Below, in pieces: positions 8,913 through 18,686 of a DNA stretch of 64,000 bases. Location of the stretch: the NCBI RefSeq assembly GCF_048403405.1, contig NZ_CP183129.1; one strand, given 5' to 3'. The stretch comes from Escherichia coli (GTDB lineage Bacteria; Pseudomonadota; Gammaproteobacteria; Enterobacterales; Enterobacteriaceae). The notes under the pieces were generated by a model. It was not told the origin of the DNA and did no database searches. It worked only from the letters and a program-made list of their open reading frames with translations. The position numbers and the translations under genes were made by a program. How positions within the stretch are numbered: position 1 is the stretch's first letter; each line of letters begins with the position of its first letter.

Positions 8913-9493
8913 GTTTCCTGACTCTTCTCTATTGTTCCGATTGATTCTCCTGCGGGGTGGTAACGATAAATCGTCGATATACCAATGCCGTAAATTATTG
9001 CCAGTTGTTTTCTGTCGTGCCCGTTTTTGATCAGCCTTGCTATTTGCTCATGCTGTTCTTTTGTCAGCTTCGGTCGACGTCCGCCTGTGCGCCCCCGTGC
9101 GCGTGCTGCCGCCAGTCCGGCCAGTGTACGTTCAACAATTAATTCACGTTCCATTTCAGCCAGGGCACCCATCACGTGGAAGAAAAAACGCCCCATTGGA
9201 GAAGATGTATCTATGCTGTCGGTCAGACTGCGAAAATTAATTCCTCGCTCCCGTAGTTCCCCGACGAGAGAAATCAGATGTTTCATGCTTCGCCCGAGGC
9301 GATCCAGTTTCCAGACAACCAGCGTGTCACCTTTTTGAAGGCGCTTTAAAGCGCGTTTTAATCCCGGTCGGTCTGTCTTTGTCCCGCTTAATTTATCTTC
9401 AAATATTTGTTCACATCCTGCACAAACAAGAGCGTTTCGTTGCAGGTCTGTATTCTGGTCATTTGTTGATACCCTTACATAGCCAATCAGCAC
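8906..9493 (-). CDS. Site-specific DNA invertase, Gin/Pin/Cin/Hin serine recombinase family
   Basis: (V)LIGYVRVSTNDQNTDLQRNALVCAGCEQIFEDKLSGTKTDRPGLKRALKRL... is near-identical in pattern to Mu Gin / e14 Pin; start trimmed to GTG at 9493. Confidence 0.9.
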   Translation of the reverse strand: MLIGYVRVSTNDQNTDLQRNALVCAGCEQIFEDKLSGTKTDRPGLKRALKRLQKGDTLVVWKLDRLGRSMKHLISLVGELRERGINFRSLTDSIDTSSPMGRFFFHVMGALAEMERELIVERTLAGLAAARARGRTGGRRPKLTKEQHEQIARLIKNGHDRKQLAIIYGIGISTIYRYHPAGESIGTIEKSQETK

Positions 9494-9547
9494 GCTGAAT
9501 CTCCCGTCCAAAAGCGCAAATCATGCCATGCAGGCCGGAAACGGCCA

Positions 9548-9580
9548 TTATCTAAAACCTCGGTTTACAGGAAACGGTAA
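9548..9580. other. gix-like inversion crossover site (right)
   Basis: TTATCTAAAACC-TC-GGTTTACAGGAA matches the gix/cix-type 26-bp site; an inverted copy lies at 12614-12646. Confidence 0.8.
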
Positions 9581-10581
9581 ACAAGGCTGGTAACGCCGTC
9601 CAAAAGACAGGCGATATCTTGTCCGGTGGGCTTACTTTTGAAAACGACTCAATCCTTGCCTGGATTCGGAATACTGACTGGGCAAAGATTGGTTTTAAAA
9701 ATGATGCCGACAGCGATACTGATTCATACATGTGGTTTGAAACAGGCGACAACGGCAATGAATATTTCAAATGGAGAAGCAAACAAAGCACCACAACAAA
9801 AGACCTGATGAATCTTAAATGGGATGCTTTGTCTGTTCTTGTTAAAGCCCTTTTCAGCAGTGAAGTAAAAATATCGACAGTCAATGCACTGAGGATATTT
9901 AATTCATCTTTTGGTGCTATTTTTCGCCGTTCTGAAGAATGCCTGCATATCATCCCGACACGAGAGAATGAGGGAGAAAATGGTGATATAGGGCCACTAC
10001 GCCCCTTTACGCTTAATCTCAGAACTGGTCGGATAAGCATGGGGCATGGTCTTGATGTTACAGGGGATATATTTGCAAACCGTTTTGCAATTAACAGTAG
10101 TACCGGCATGTGGATTCATATGCGTGACCAGAATGTTATTTTGGGACGCAATGCGGTATCCACCGATGGTGCACAGGCATTACTTCGTCAGGACCATGCT
10201 GATCGCAAATTTATGATTGGTGGGCTGGGAAATAAGCAATTTGGCATCTACATGATTAATAACTCAAGGACAGCTAATGGCACCGATGGTCAGGCGTACA
10301 TGGATAATAACGGGAACTGGCTTTGCGGTTCGCAAGTTATTCCCGGCAACTATGGCAATTTTGATTCCAGATATGTGAAAGATGTTCGACTTGGTTCACA
10401 GCAATATTATGGAGTGAACAACTGGCAAACATGGAATTTCCAGTGCCCGTCAGGTCATGTATTGTCTGGTATTAATGTTCAGGATACAGGGTCCAACTCT
10501 GCCGATAATATAGCGGGCGTTTATTACAGACCCGTTCAAAAGTATATAAATGGCACCTGGTATAATATAGCGAGCGTTTAA
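9559..10581 (+). CDS. Alternative tail-fiber C-terminal variable cassette (promoterless, silent in this orientation)
   Basis: Frame opens inside the crossover site and encodes LGLQETVN, the same peptide encoded at the other site within H; C-terminus [12 protein letters not shown] parallels the H C-terminus [12 protein letters not shown]. Confidence 0.75.
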   Translation, partial: LGLQETVNKAGNAVQKTGDILSGGLTFENDSILAWIRNTDWAKIGFKNDADSDTDSYMWFETGDNGNEYFKWRSKQSTTTKDLMNLKWDALSVLVKALFSSEVKISTVNALRIFNSSFGAIFRRSEECLHIIPTRENEGENGDIGPLRPFTLNLRTGRISMGHGLDVTGDIFANRFAINSSTGMWIHMRDQNVILGRNAVSTDGAQALLRQDHADRKFMIGGLGNKQFGIYMINNSRTANGTDGQAYMDNNGNWLCGSQVIPGNYGNFDSRYVKDVRLGSQQYYGVNNWQTWNFQCPSGHVLSGINVQDTGSNSADNIAGVYYRPVQKYINGTWYNIASV

Positions 10582-10582
10582 T

Positions 10583-11110
10583 ATGATGCACTTAAAGAAC
10601 ATAAAAGCGGGTAATGCTAAAACACTGGAACAGTATGAGTTAACAAAGAAGCACGGAGTCATCTGGCTTTACTCTGAGGACGAAAAAAACTGGTATGAGG
10701 AAGTGAAAAACTTTCAGCCAGACACCATAAAGATTGTTTACGATGCAAATAATATTATTGTCGCCATCACTAAAGATGCCTCCACGCTTAACCCTGAAGG
10801 TTTTAGCGTCGTTGAGGTTCCAGATATTACAGCCAACCGCCGCGCTGATGATTCAGGAAAGTGGATGTTTAAGGATGGAGCTGTAGTTAAACGGATTTAT
10901 ACGGCAGACGAACAGCAACAACAGGCCGAATCACAAAAGGCCGCATTGCTTTCCGAAGCTGAATCAGTCATCCAGCCGCTGGAACGCGCTGTCAGGCTGA
11001 ATATGGCAACAGACGAGGAACGCACACGACTGGAAGCATGGGAACGCTACAGTGTTCTGGTCAGCCGTGTGGATACGGCAAATCCTGAATGGCCACAAAA
11101 GCCTGAATAA
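10583..11110 (+). CDS. Alternative tail fiber assembly protein (silent orientation)
   Basis: 175 aa; N-terminus [23 protein letters not shown] nearly identical to the active copy at 11139..11672, C-terminal part divergent. Confidence 0.8.
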   Translation: MMHLKNIKAGNAKTLEQYELTKKHGVIWLYSEDEKNWYEEVKNFQPDTIKIVYDANNIIVAITKDASTLNPEGFSVVEVPDITANRRADDSGKWMFKDGAVVKRIYTADEQQQQAESQKAALLSEAESVIQPLERAVRLNMATDEERTRLEAWERYSVLVSRVDTANPEWPQKPE

Positions 11111-11115
11111 AAATT

Positions 11116-11137
11116 AAGGCCCGCTATCGGGCCTTGT
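11116..11137. terminator. Bidirectional hairpin between the two convergent tail fiber assembly genes
   Basis: AAGGCCCG-ctat-CGGGCCTT perfect stem at the centre of the invertible segment. Confidence 0.5.
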
Positions 11138-11138
11138 C

Positions 11139-11672
11139 TCATTCAGGTTGTTCGGGAAATGTTACTGGCAGGCTGGAGGTGTCTGTAGATTCGACTTTCT
11201 GCGCATAGAGCATCCACTCGGTTAATTTTGGTTTATTCTCGTCGGAAATGATGCCCAGCCGTAGCTGTGAGTCCCATAGCTGGGTTTTATCCCTGACAAG
11301 TTGCAACAGGCTTTGCTTTTCATTTTCCGCCTGCTGCCTCTGCTCTTCCTCGGTATAAGTTCGCTTTACCACTACGCCATCTTTGAACATCCATTTACCC
11401 GAAATGTCAGCACGGCGATTTGCTGTAATATCAGGTAATTCAACGACGCTTGCGCCTTCCGGATTAATTGCTGAAACATCCTTTTCAATACAAATAATAA
11501 CGCCGTTATGGTCATAGACCATTTTTAAAGTGTCTGGCTGGAAATTCTTTTGTTCCTCATACCAGTTTTTTCCATCCTCTGAATAAAGCCATTTGATGTT
11601 AAATTGTTTCGTTAGCTGGTATTGCTCTTTTGTTTTAGGGTTGCCAGCAGTAATGTTTTTTAAGTGCATCAT
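11139..11672 (-). CDS. G: Tail fiber assembly protein (P2 G-like), active orientation
   Basis: 177 aa, immediately downstream of H. Confidence 0.85.
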   Translation of the reverse strand: MMHLKNITAGNPKTKEQYQLTKQFNIKWLYSEDGKNWYEEQKNFQPDTLKMVYDHNGVIICIEKDVSAINPEGASVVELPDITANRRADISGKWMFKDGVVVKRTYTEEEQRQQAENEKQSLLQLVRDKTQLWDSQLRLGIISDENKPKLTEWMLYAQKVESTDTSSLPVTFPEQPE

Positions 11673-11674
11673 CG

Positions 11675-13777
11675 TTAAATACTCCCCGCGTTATACCACG
11701 TCCCATTAATGCAATACTGAATTGGCCTTGCCTGAGTTGTATCAATTAATTCATCACGGTTTCCGTTAACTGAACCCGTAACGACATAACCTGACCTGTC
11801 AGACCAGCCGGGACCATTCCATGTCTGAACAGATGACAGACCGCCAAGGCGAATACCTGTAATAAACCTTGAGTTACATTCTGCCTGCGTGTATGCACCA
11901 ACATCTCCCGCTGAGGGTTTGCGGGTCGTGGTGTAAAACTCTGACCAGTCAGCTTCAAAGCCATAACCATCACGCGCTGAACGATAAAAAATGCCGCCGT
12001 TCCTGTAATTCACGCGGAACTGTACAGCAGGGCAACTCCCCGCATTCATATTGAAATGAAGAATTAACGTTGATGCGCCGGTGATTCTGGCGCAATAAAC
12101 TCCGCTGTTCCAGTTCCAGCCAACAGCTTTATCATTTCCGACAGTGCTTCCTGTTTGCCCTAAAGCAAATGCAGGTTGTTGATTTTTCGTGTTGTAGTCT
12201 CGTCGCCAGCCAGGAGCGTAAGCATCACCATGATTGATATAAGTGAATTGAGCGTTAGTAATTCCGCCACCGCTGGACGTGCTCGGCGTGGTAACGCGTA
12301 TGGTCATTGCGCCGCGAGTGCCAATAACTTCCACCACAGCACCTGCAAGACAAATATTTCCGCAACCTGTATCTGTAATGACCTTATTATTTGCATAAGC
12401 CCATGAGCCTTTGCACATCCAGTAAGGATGGTTAAATGCTCCCTGACTCTCCAGCCACGAAATAAATTGCGCGGTTGTCCAGACCTGACTATCGCCACCA
12501 ATATTCAGCCATGCGCTATATGCGCGGCAGGCACCAATATTTTTGGTGAAGGTATCTTTTCCTGGAATATCTGCGCCGTTCTGGTTTTTCTGTAATGCGC
12601 CAGAAGCCTGATTTACCGTTTCCTGTAAACCGAGGTATTCGATAACGGCAGCAACGGTCGATTTCGCAAGAATATCCCGCCCGACTTTTGTCAGGGTTGC
12701 CAGGCTGGCGACATCATTCCCCGTAAAATACGGAAACCTGTCTGCCGCAGTAGCAAGCCCGGCCAGCGCCGTCAGGGTGGCATCTTTCGGTTGCTTACCC
12801 GCAAGCGCTTTAGTCATGGTGGTCGCAAAATTCGGGTCGTTTCCCAGCGCCGCCGCTAACTCGTTCAACGTATTCAGTGCGTCAGGCGACGAGTCTACAA
12901 GTGCGGCAATCGCGGCCATCACATAAGCCGTGCTTGCGATCTGAGTATTATTAGTCCCTTTTGGCGCAGTTGGCGTTGTTGGCGTTCCGGTCAGTGCAGG
13001 ACTATTTAAGGGCGCTTTCTTGTTCGTTTCATCCATTACCGCCTTAACCGCTTTTGGCGTCGCAGCCAGCGTTTCAGATGTGCTGTTGGTGGCGCTACTG
13101 AGCTGAACTATCCCTTTTCGCGCAGTGGTAGCGTCCTGTGCGGTGTATTTGCCATTAGCCAGGTCATATGCCGCCTTAACAGCCTTTGGCGTTGCCGCAA
13201 GCGTTTCAGACGTGCTGTTAGTGGCGCTGCTAAGTTGAACAAAGCCTTTTGCGGTCAGCGAGGCGTCCGGGTGACGTCGTGAGTGTTCATGCTCTTTCAG
13301 TTTGTCATCCACGTAATCCACTGTGGCCATCACCATGGTGTTATCCACGGTAAGCGCCACGGTGGCAGTGCTGGATACGGTCAGAATGGTGCGAAATGTT
13401 TGTGCACGTCCTGACCCTTCGGCAACGGCTGGCTTGTAACTTTCGGCAGTATTGCCTACTGCGATTAAATCGCCGTGCTCATCAAACACACCAATTTCCC
13501 GGATCCAGAATCCGCCCGTTTCTGGAGGAATAACCAGCTCCGCAATAATGCGGTTCTGATGTGTTGCGTCCAGTATGACGCGATTAACAGTGTGTCGCCA
13601 CACCTCATGCACCAGACGGGTCTGCTTACTGTCTGGTGTGGGCAACGTGCCGCCACCGTCGCCCACGGCCATATGAGTCAGGCGGACAGGCTTACCATCT
13701 GGCGCGGCTGCCTGAGCTAATTTTTTTGCACCCGTATCGGTGATAACGGTTTTAAATTTTCGTGTTGTGGTACTCAT
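11675..13777 (-). CDS. H: Tail fiber protein H (constant N-terminal part 13777-12634, variable C-terminal part inside the invertible segment)
   Basis: 700 aa; conserved P2 H-like N-terminus, internal tandem repeat [22 protein letters not shown] x2; crossover site within the coding sequence. Confidence 0.9.
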   Translation of the reverse strand: MSTTTRKFKTVITDTGAKKLAQAAAPDGKPVRLTHMAVGDGGGTLPTPDSKQTRLVHEVWRHTVNRVILDATHQNRIIAELVIPPETGGFWIREIGVFDEHGDLIAVGNTAESYKPAVAEGSGRAQTFRTILTVSSTATVALTVDNTMVMATVDYVDDKLKEHEHSRRHPDASLTAKGFVQLSSATNSTSETLAATPKAVKAAYDLANGKYTAQDATTARKGIVQLSSATNSTSETLAATPKAVKAVMDETNKKAPLNSPALTGTPTTPTAPKGTNNTQIASTAYVMAAIAALVDSSPDALNTLNELAAALGNDPNFATTMTKALAGKQPKDATLTALAGLATAADRFPYFTGNDVASLATLTKVGRDILAKSTVAAVIEYLGLQETVNQASGALQKNQNGADIPGKDTFTKNIGACRAYSAWLNIGGDSQVWTTAQFISWLESQGAFNHPYWMCKGSWAYANNKVITDTGCGNICLAGAVVEVIGTRGAMTIRVTTPSTSSGGGITNAQFTYINHGDAYAPGWRRDYNTKNQQPAFALGQTGSTVGNDKAVGWNWNSGVYCARITGASTLILHFNMNAGSCPAVQFRVNYRNGGIFYRSARDGYGFEADWSEFYTTTRKPSAGDVGAYTQAECNSRFITGIRLGGLSSVQTWNGPGWSDRSGYVVTGSVNGNRDELIDTTQARPIQYCINGTWYNAGSI
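12614..12646. other. gix-like inversion crossover site (left), inside H
   Basis: TTACCGTTTCCTGTAAACCGAGGTATTCGATAA is the reverse complement of the 9548-9580 site, with 31 of 33 positions matching. Confidence 0.8.
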
Positions 13778-13779
13778 GC

Positions 13780-14310
13780 TTAATCGTCCGGATAAATGGT
13801 AATGACTTCACCGTCGTAAGTTGCTGCCGCCGCGAAAATATCTCCCGGGATCTCCTGAATGATATTCAGCCCTGTCATGTGGCGGCTGACCGGGCGGGCA
13901 TCAGCAATCAACCGCTCCATTTCCAGATACATTTCCTCCGTCACGCCACTGTCCAGCGTGCCGACTTCAACGGTAAATGTTCCCGGTTCTCCGCCGAACT
14001 CCCACCACTCAGACACGCGAATGAGGTATCCCAGCGGCTCAATGGCCCGGCGCAGTGCGCTGATGGTCCCTTTGTGTCGGTGTATCAGCCATGCATCACG
14101 AATCACCTGTCGCTTTGTCTCTTCCGGCCAGTTGCGATCCCAGCGGTCAACGGAAAATGCCCAGGCGAGATAAGGCAGCAAATGCACCGGGCAGGTGTCC
14201 GGTGACCACAGCGTGTTGAGGTCTACCGGGATGTCTGTAATGCGCGCTCCGACAGCTTCGGCGCAACGCATGAAACGGCTGGCTGATGGCGGTAACAGTG
14301 AATTACTCAT
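13780..14310 (-). CDS. I: Baseplate/tail protein I
   Basis: ORF track frame 13780..14343; start trimmed to MSNSLLPP as in P2 gpI. Confidence 0.8.
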   Translation of the reverse strand: MSNSLLPPSASRFMRCAEAVGARITDIPVDLNTLWSPDTCPVHLLPYLAWAFSVDRWDRNWPEETKRQVIRDAWLIHRHKGTISALRRAIEPLGYLIRVSEWWEFGGEPGTFTVEVGTLDSGVTEEMYLEMERLIADARPVSRHMTGLNIIQEIPGDIFAAAATYDGEVITIYPDD

Positions 14311-15199
14311 TGCGCCCACCTTCGCTGATGGTGAATGACTCACAGCGCGCCGCCTGTATGTCGCTGATGGCCAGATTCTGTGTGGGTTCGATTATCTCCA
14401 CGCGTTGCACACCGTGCACATGCAGTGCGGCAGCAATGGCGGACAACGCCACGTCCTGACCGATAAGCCCCTGCTCAGCCAGCCACTTCCTGAACGACGA
14501 TTCAGCCGCCGCCAGAATAGGTTCGGATTCCGGACCGGGGTAAAAGTACAGTTTTGCATTCAGCCGCCATGTCACGATTCTGGCGCTCTGTACGGTCAGG
14601 CGGTCGGCCACCGGGCGGGTATCCTCTGCATTCAGAACGGCGCGAACGGTATTAAGCAACGCCTCCGTTGCTGTGCCGTCGCCTTCAGTGGACAGGATGG
14701 AAACCGTCACATTTGCCGGAGACGGACTGATAGCCCGCGCATCACGCACCAGACCGCTGGCGCTGCGGGCAAAATACTCGTATGCACCTGACGGGCCAGC
14801 AACACTCAGGCCGTCGTACGCCCGCTGCGCCCGCAGTCTCAGCGAGGTGTCGCTCTCCATCACCGCGTCGGTGGTATCCGTTGCCGGAGTGATAACCAGG
14901 CGCTTTGTGTTCATATTGCCCGCGAGGTTGTCCAGGTCTGTCCCGGCGCTGTGGCTTAACATGCAGGCGCGTGCCCCCTCGTTAACCCGCTGGCGTAACA
15001 GCATTTCACGAAACGACATGGTTTGAGCGATAACGTTCAGGGGTTCCGATTCCAGCTCCAGCGCGGCGGAAACGGCTTCACGCTGTTCGGCGGGATAGGA
15101 CGCAATCATCATGGCTTTTGTGTCAGCCAGAATTGCTTCAAAGTCAGGCTCCGCGATGATGGCGGGTTCCGGTAACTGGGAAAGGTCAACGGCGGGCAT
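14303..15199 (-). CDS. J: Baseplate assembly protein J
   Basis: 298 aa; P2 gpJ-like, overlaps the I start. Confidence 0.85.
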   Translation of the reverse strand: MPAVDLSQLPEPAIIAEPDFEAILADTKAMMIASYPAEQREAVSAALELESEPLNVIAQTMSFREMLLRQRVNEGARACMLSHSAGTDLDNLAGNMNTKRLVITPATDTTDAVMESDTSLRLRAQRAYDGLSVAGPSGAYEYFARSASGLVRDARAISPSPANVTVSILSTEGDGTATEALLNTVRAVLNAEDTRPVADRLTVQSARIVTWRLNAKLYFYPGPESEPILAAAESSFRKWLAEQGLIGQDVALSAIAAALHVHGVQRVEIIEPTQNLAISDIQAARCESFTISEGGRNE

Positions 15200-15202
15200 G
15201 AT

Positions 15203-15553
15203 TTACTCCCTCAGCGTGATGGTTAACTCAATATTCTGCATGGTCTGCATGACAGTGCCCGACAGCGTCACCCCGGCGCGGCCTCCCGCTTTCCAGACAA
15301 CGTCGATGGCATCCAGGGCAATGCGGGGTTCCCATCGTGTCAGCGCAATCACGGCAGCACTCATGCATTGCAGACGCGTGGTGTTATTCATGGGTTCGTC
15401 AATCAAATCAGGCACAAGGCTGCCATATTCCCGTCGCATAACCCGGCTGGCCAGCGGGGTGGTCAGGATGTCCCTGACTGACTGTTTCAGGTGCTCCATA
15501 TCGTTCAGGTTTCCCGTTCCGTCCGGGTTCATTCCTGTGTAGCGGGTTGTCAC
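15203..15553 (-). CDS. W: Baseplate protein W (gp25-like)
   Basis: 116 aa, position between V and J. Confidence 0.85.
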   Translation of the reverse strand: MTTRYTGMNPDGTGNLNDMEHLKQSVRDILTTPLASRVMRREYGSLVPDLIDEPMNNTTRLQCMSAAVIALTRWEPRIALDAIDVVWKAGGRAGVTLSGTVMQTMQNIELTITLRE

Positions 15554-16131
15554 TGCGGGCCTCCTGTCGAATCGCTGCCACCTTTAACGCCACCGTGCTT
15601 ATGCGTATGCACTGTGATGCCGTTTGAGGTGAAGTTGCCGCCGCTGTGCGTGATATTGCCGCTCATCTTTCCCCCTTTTGTGACGTCAAGCGTCGCTGTT
15701 CTCAGAAGGTTTGTGCATTCCACGACGGGCGTATCCAGTGTCACGCTGACGGATGCCTGCAGGGTGGCTGTTTTCATGCCGCTGGCGCTCAGTGCGCCTG
15801 CGTCTGCGTCGTAGCGGAACACCGCGCCATCCGGCGCGCTGACCACGATTTCTTTCAGGCTTTTGCCGGGGGCCGGACTGGCATCACTCCACAGGCTGCC
15901 AATTATCATGGCGGTTTCCGGGTTGCCGCCAATGCAGGCAATTACCACCTGTTCGCCTGGTGATGGCGGCAGCCACACATTGAAGGCTCCCGCGCGCGTG
16001 GTGTTCCAGCGCAACCAGCCTGTTTCCAGTTCGCCGCTGCGAACGCGCACGCGCCAGGACTTCTCATCAACTTCAGAGATGATCCCGGTGCGGATGATAT
16101 TACTCAGCAGTCGCATGAGTTCTGCGCTCAC
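15550..16131 (-). CDS. V: Baseplate spike protein V
   Basis: 193 aa; overlapping stop/start with W. Confidence 0.85.
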   Translation of the reverse strand: MSAELMRLLSNIIRTGIISEVDEKSWRVRVRSGELETGWLRWNTTRAGAFNVWLPPSPGEQVVIACIGGNPETAMIIGSLWSDASPAPGKSLKEIVVSAPDGAVFRYDADAGALSASGMKTATLQASVSVTLDTPVVECTNLLRTATLDVTKGGKMSGNITHSGGNFTSNGITVHTHKHGGVKGGSDSTGGPQ

Positions 16132-16772
16132 CGTACAGCCTCCGCAATCCGGCCCAGCACCGTGTTATAAATCAGGCGCTCATCTGCCTGGCTGATACCC
16201 AGCAGCTCACGTACCGGGTAATCGGTGAAAATGCCCGGCGCAACCTGATCGCGCTCACCGAACTGATGAACGCGGGCAATACGTGCGGCCACGCCGCTGT
16301 AACCCACCGTCACACCGGAAGCATCTGCACGGGCTTTCAGGTAGCGGGCGGTGCGCAGTTTTACGAACATGGGGACGCGCTTTGTGCTGTCCTGGTTGAT
16401 GCGCCGGGTGCGTATTTCCAGAAAACGGTCGATGTCATCCCGGTAAAACGTGCGGATATTGTTTTTATCCTCATCCCACCCGGTAATGGTTCGCCCGTAT
16501 TTCCCCGTGTCGTGATGCCAGTTTTTCAGCGTGCGTGCTTCGTTATTCCAGATAAAGCGAATGCGTTCCTGTATCCGGGTTACGCGGCGTCTGCGTGGTG
16601 TCCACGCGGTCCCGTCCGGCGCTTTCTGTGACCGGATACGCGCCTGCTGGGCGCGGCGTAAATCCTGTGCCAGCTTTCTGGCGATGTTATTGATGGCCTG
16701 CTGATTCAGGCTGTCGCGGATGGCCTCAAAGGTTTCATCCACGCGTGTGAATGCCTTATCCATCGCTTTCAC
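16128..16772 (-). CDS. S: Tail completion / virion morphogenesis protein S
   Basis: Position between R and V; longer than P2 gpS, so start uncertain. Confidence 0.7.
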   Translation of the reverse strand: MKAMDKAFTRVDETFEAIRDSLNQQAINNIARKLAQDLRRAQQARIRSQKAPDGTAWTPRRRRVTRIQERIRFIWNNEARTLKNWHHDTGKYGRTITGWDEDKNNIRTFYRDDIDRFLEIRTRRINQDSTKRVPMFVKLRTARYLKARADASGVTVGYSGVAARIARVHQFGERDQVAPGIFTDYPVRELLGISQADERLIYNTVLGRIAEAVR

Positions 16773-17223
16773 CCCACGTCACATCCTGGAATACATGCGA
16801 CCAGTCGCCTTCGGAAGATGGCAGGCGGGGTTTTGGCTCCGGCAGGTGTTCTGCCTGCGGTGTGCCCTGACTGCTGCGCGTGATGCGAACGCGTTCCCGC
16901 AGGGGGAGCGTAAACAGGAGATCGGCGCTGTCATCGTCATTGATAACGGCGGAGAATTTGATGTCCTGATTACGCTCCGGATTGAGCAACAACTGTGGCT
17001 GATTTTCGGATAACCACGCCAGCAGCGGCAGCGTGAGGTCGTCCAGCTCCCCGGCGTAATCCATGACAAACATCACCATCTGATAGCGGTAAACAAACGA
17101 GGGCGTTTCTCCGGTCGTTTCAATGTTGCCGCTCTCCACGAAAATGGTGAATTTTTCCGGGTTGGCCTGACACCATCGGCATGAACGGGTCATGGCTTCA
17201 CGCAGGGAATCAGTTTTCAGCAT
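16756..17223 (-). CDS. R: Tail completion protein R
   Basis: 155 aa, same length as P2 gpR, position after the lysis genes. Confidence 0.75.
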   Translation of the reverse strand: MLKTDSLREAMTRSCRWCQANPEKFTIFVESGNIETTGETPSFVYRYQMVMFVMDYAGELDDLTLPLLAWLSENQPQLLLNPERNQDIKFSAVINDDDSADLLFTLPLRERVRITRSSQGTPQAEHLPEPKPRLPSSEGDWSHVFQDVTWGESDG

Positions 17224-17500
17224 GGTTGTTGTCCTCGTTGTTCAGTCGTTGCAGCCTGCGCTGTTCCAGTAATTCAATGGCCCGTTTATCCGCGTTACAG
17301 GTTTCCAGTGCATCCAGAAGGCGGTCGCCCCATATACCGAGATTTCCCCATGTGGGAGTATCAGGGAAGGGGGGAGGCGTTACCGGTATGGTCAGCGTCT
17401 GCGGTATAAGCCGGACTGACGGCGCTGGCAGTGGCGCGTTCTGCGTGCCTGCGCAGCCTGTCAGTAAAACGAGCGTCAGGCAAAGCGTGGGCGCATTCAT
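17210..17500 (-). CDS. lysC: o-spanin (LysC/Rz1-like outer-membrane lipoprotein) embedded in the lysB frame region
   Basis: Lipobox LLTGC after the signal sequence MNAPTLCLTLVLLTGCAG; Pro-rich; overlaps the 3' part of lysB in another frame. Confidence 0.65.
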   Translation of the reverse strand: MNAPTLCLTLVLLTGCAGTQNAPLPAPSVRLIPQTLTIPVTPPPFPDTPTWGNLGIWGDRLLDALETCNADKRAIELLEQRRLQRLNNEDNNHAEN

Positions 17501-17768
17501 CTTTTGCAATATCGTTGCGTAGCTGTTCACGTCTTGCCTCTCCGTCCTGATTGCGTTGCTGATTTTCCACGCGGAGTTGCGCCAGCACCTGCTGCATATC
17601 CTGTACCCCGGCGCTGATGATATTCAGGGTGTCGGCGGTACGTTTCAGGGTGCTGGCCTGCGCTTCGTTTCTGGCGTTCTCCCGGCCCAGCGACCATGAC
17701 AGACGCATGGATGTTCCCCATGCGGCAATCAGAAGGAAAGCGACACCCAGCGTGGGCCAGAGCTTCAT
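17361..17768 (-). CDS. lysB: i-spanin (LysB/Rz-like)
   Basis: Start trimmed to MKLWPTLGVAFLLIAAWG (N-terminal transmembrane helix) followed by a coiled-coil region. Confidence 0.7.
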   Translation of the reverse strand: MKLWPTLGVAFLLIAAWGTSMRLSWSLGRENARNEAQASTLKRTADTLNIISAGVQDMQQVLAQLRVENQQRNQDGEARREQLRNDIAKDECAHALPDARFTDRLRRHAERATASAVSPAYTADADHTGNASPLP

Positions 17769-18157
17769 GCGGGATAGGCTCCGTGTGGTAACTGAAAATG
17801 CGGTCCGTCTTTCAGGGTCTTCCAGTCGCCGCCCCATTCCACCGGAATATTCAGCTCCCGGCTGGCCTGTCTGAATGCTGCTGCGATTTTTTCGTACAGC
17901 GGCCATTCCCATGACACCTGGCTGCCGATATAAGCCACAACATCCACGGCATGTCCCGTAAGGTGGCGGCTGTTCATGGTCTGGCTCTTACCTGTGGCCA
18001 CAAGTTGCTTCTGGCGGTAACGGCTGCGCAACCCTTCGGTGATACCAAAATCCACTTCCGAAATTTCCAGTGCCCGTCGGGTCACTTTCACCAGATCAGG
18101 ATTTACACCCTGCAAATTCTTTTCGCTCCGGCTGCTGAATTTAAATGTGTTGCTCAT
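17765..18157 (-). CDS. Endolysin, peptidase M15-type (L-alanyl-D-glutamate / D-Ala-D-Ala peptidase fold)
   Basis: 130 aa with HxxxxxxD...H metal-binding pattern typical of M15 phage endolysins; not the P2 K lysozyme type. Confidence 0.7.
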   Translation of the reverse strand: MSNTFKFSSRSEKNLQGVNPDLVKVTRRALEISEVDFGITEGLRSRYRQKQLVATGKSQTMNSRHLTGHAVDVVAYIGSQVSWEWPLYEKIAAAFRQASRELNIPVEWGGDWKTLKDGPHFQLPHGAYPA

Positions 18158-18477
18158 TCGTCCTTCTCCTTCACCCTGCGATTAAAGGCCGCAATAACCT
18201 TGTCGCGTGCTTTCTCTGCGCCCATAAAACCGATTGATGCGCCGATAAACGTCACGGCATCTTCAGGAAACCCGAAGAAGCGCAACGACCCGGCCACGGC
18301 CATGGCAAGAACGCCGCACGCCAGCGATCCCGTTACGGTCTGAACCAGTGTTCGTCCGTCATAAAGACTCATCAGCGCGGAAATGCTGACCGCCGCGCCT
18401 ACTGCATACACCGTTGGCAGGTGGTCAAAGAGCCACGCAATAACCTGCTCTGTGATCCCTGTTTGAATGGTGCTCAC
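18154..18477 (-). CDS. Holin (multi-transmembrane small protein)
   Basis: GTG start at 18477 preceded by GGGGGGAG; three hydrophobic helices; immediately follows the X stop and precedes the endolysin. Confidence 0.6.
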   Translation of the reverse strand: MSTIQTGITEQVIAWLFDHLPTVYAVGAAVSISALMSLYDGRTLVQTVTGSLACGVLAMAVAGSLRFFGFPEDAVTFIGASIGFMGAEKARDKVIAAFNRRVKEKDE

Positions 18478-18479
18478 TG

Positions 18480-18686
18480 CTACTCCCCCCACAACTGAAT
18501 CATTTCTCGTTTCTTCTTCTCCGGCTCCGGCATCTCCACGTCCTGCCCGGCGTCCAGAAATACCTGCTGACAGAGTCCGGGGTTGGCATCCAGCACCTTT
18601 TCGGTGGCGCCCTGCGTCGTGCCGTAGTACCGGAAACAGAGCGAATCCACGGTGTCGCCTTCCAGTGCCTTCACTTTCATCAGCAC
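18480..18686 (-). CDS. X: Tail protein X (LysM-like)
   Basis: 68 aa, ...GDTVDSLCFRYYG...ANPGL... as in P2 gpX. Confidence 0.8.
   Translation of the reverse strand: MLMKVKALEGDTVDSLCFRYYGTTQGATEKVLDANPGLCQQVFLDAGQDVEMPEPEKKKREMIQLWGE

Larger units (their letters stand above)
9560..12633. mobile_element. Invertible tail-fiber segment (G/C-segment-like, ~3.07 kb)
   Basis: Bounded by inverted gix-like sites; contains the variable 3' part of H plus a tail fiber assembly gene in one orientation and an alternative set on the other strand; invertase gene immediately outside. Confidence 0.8.
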
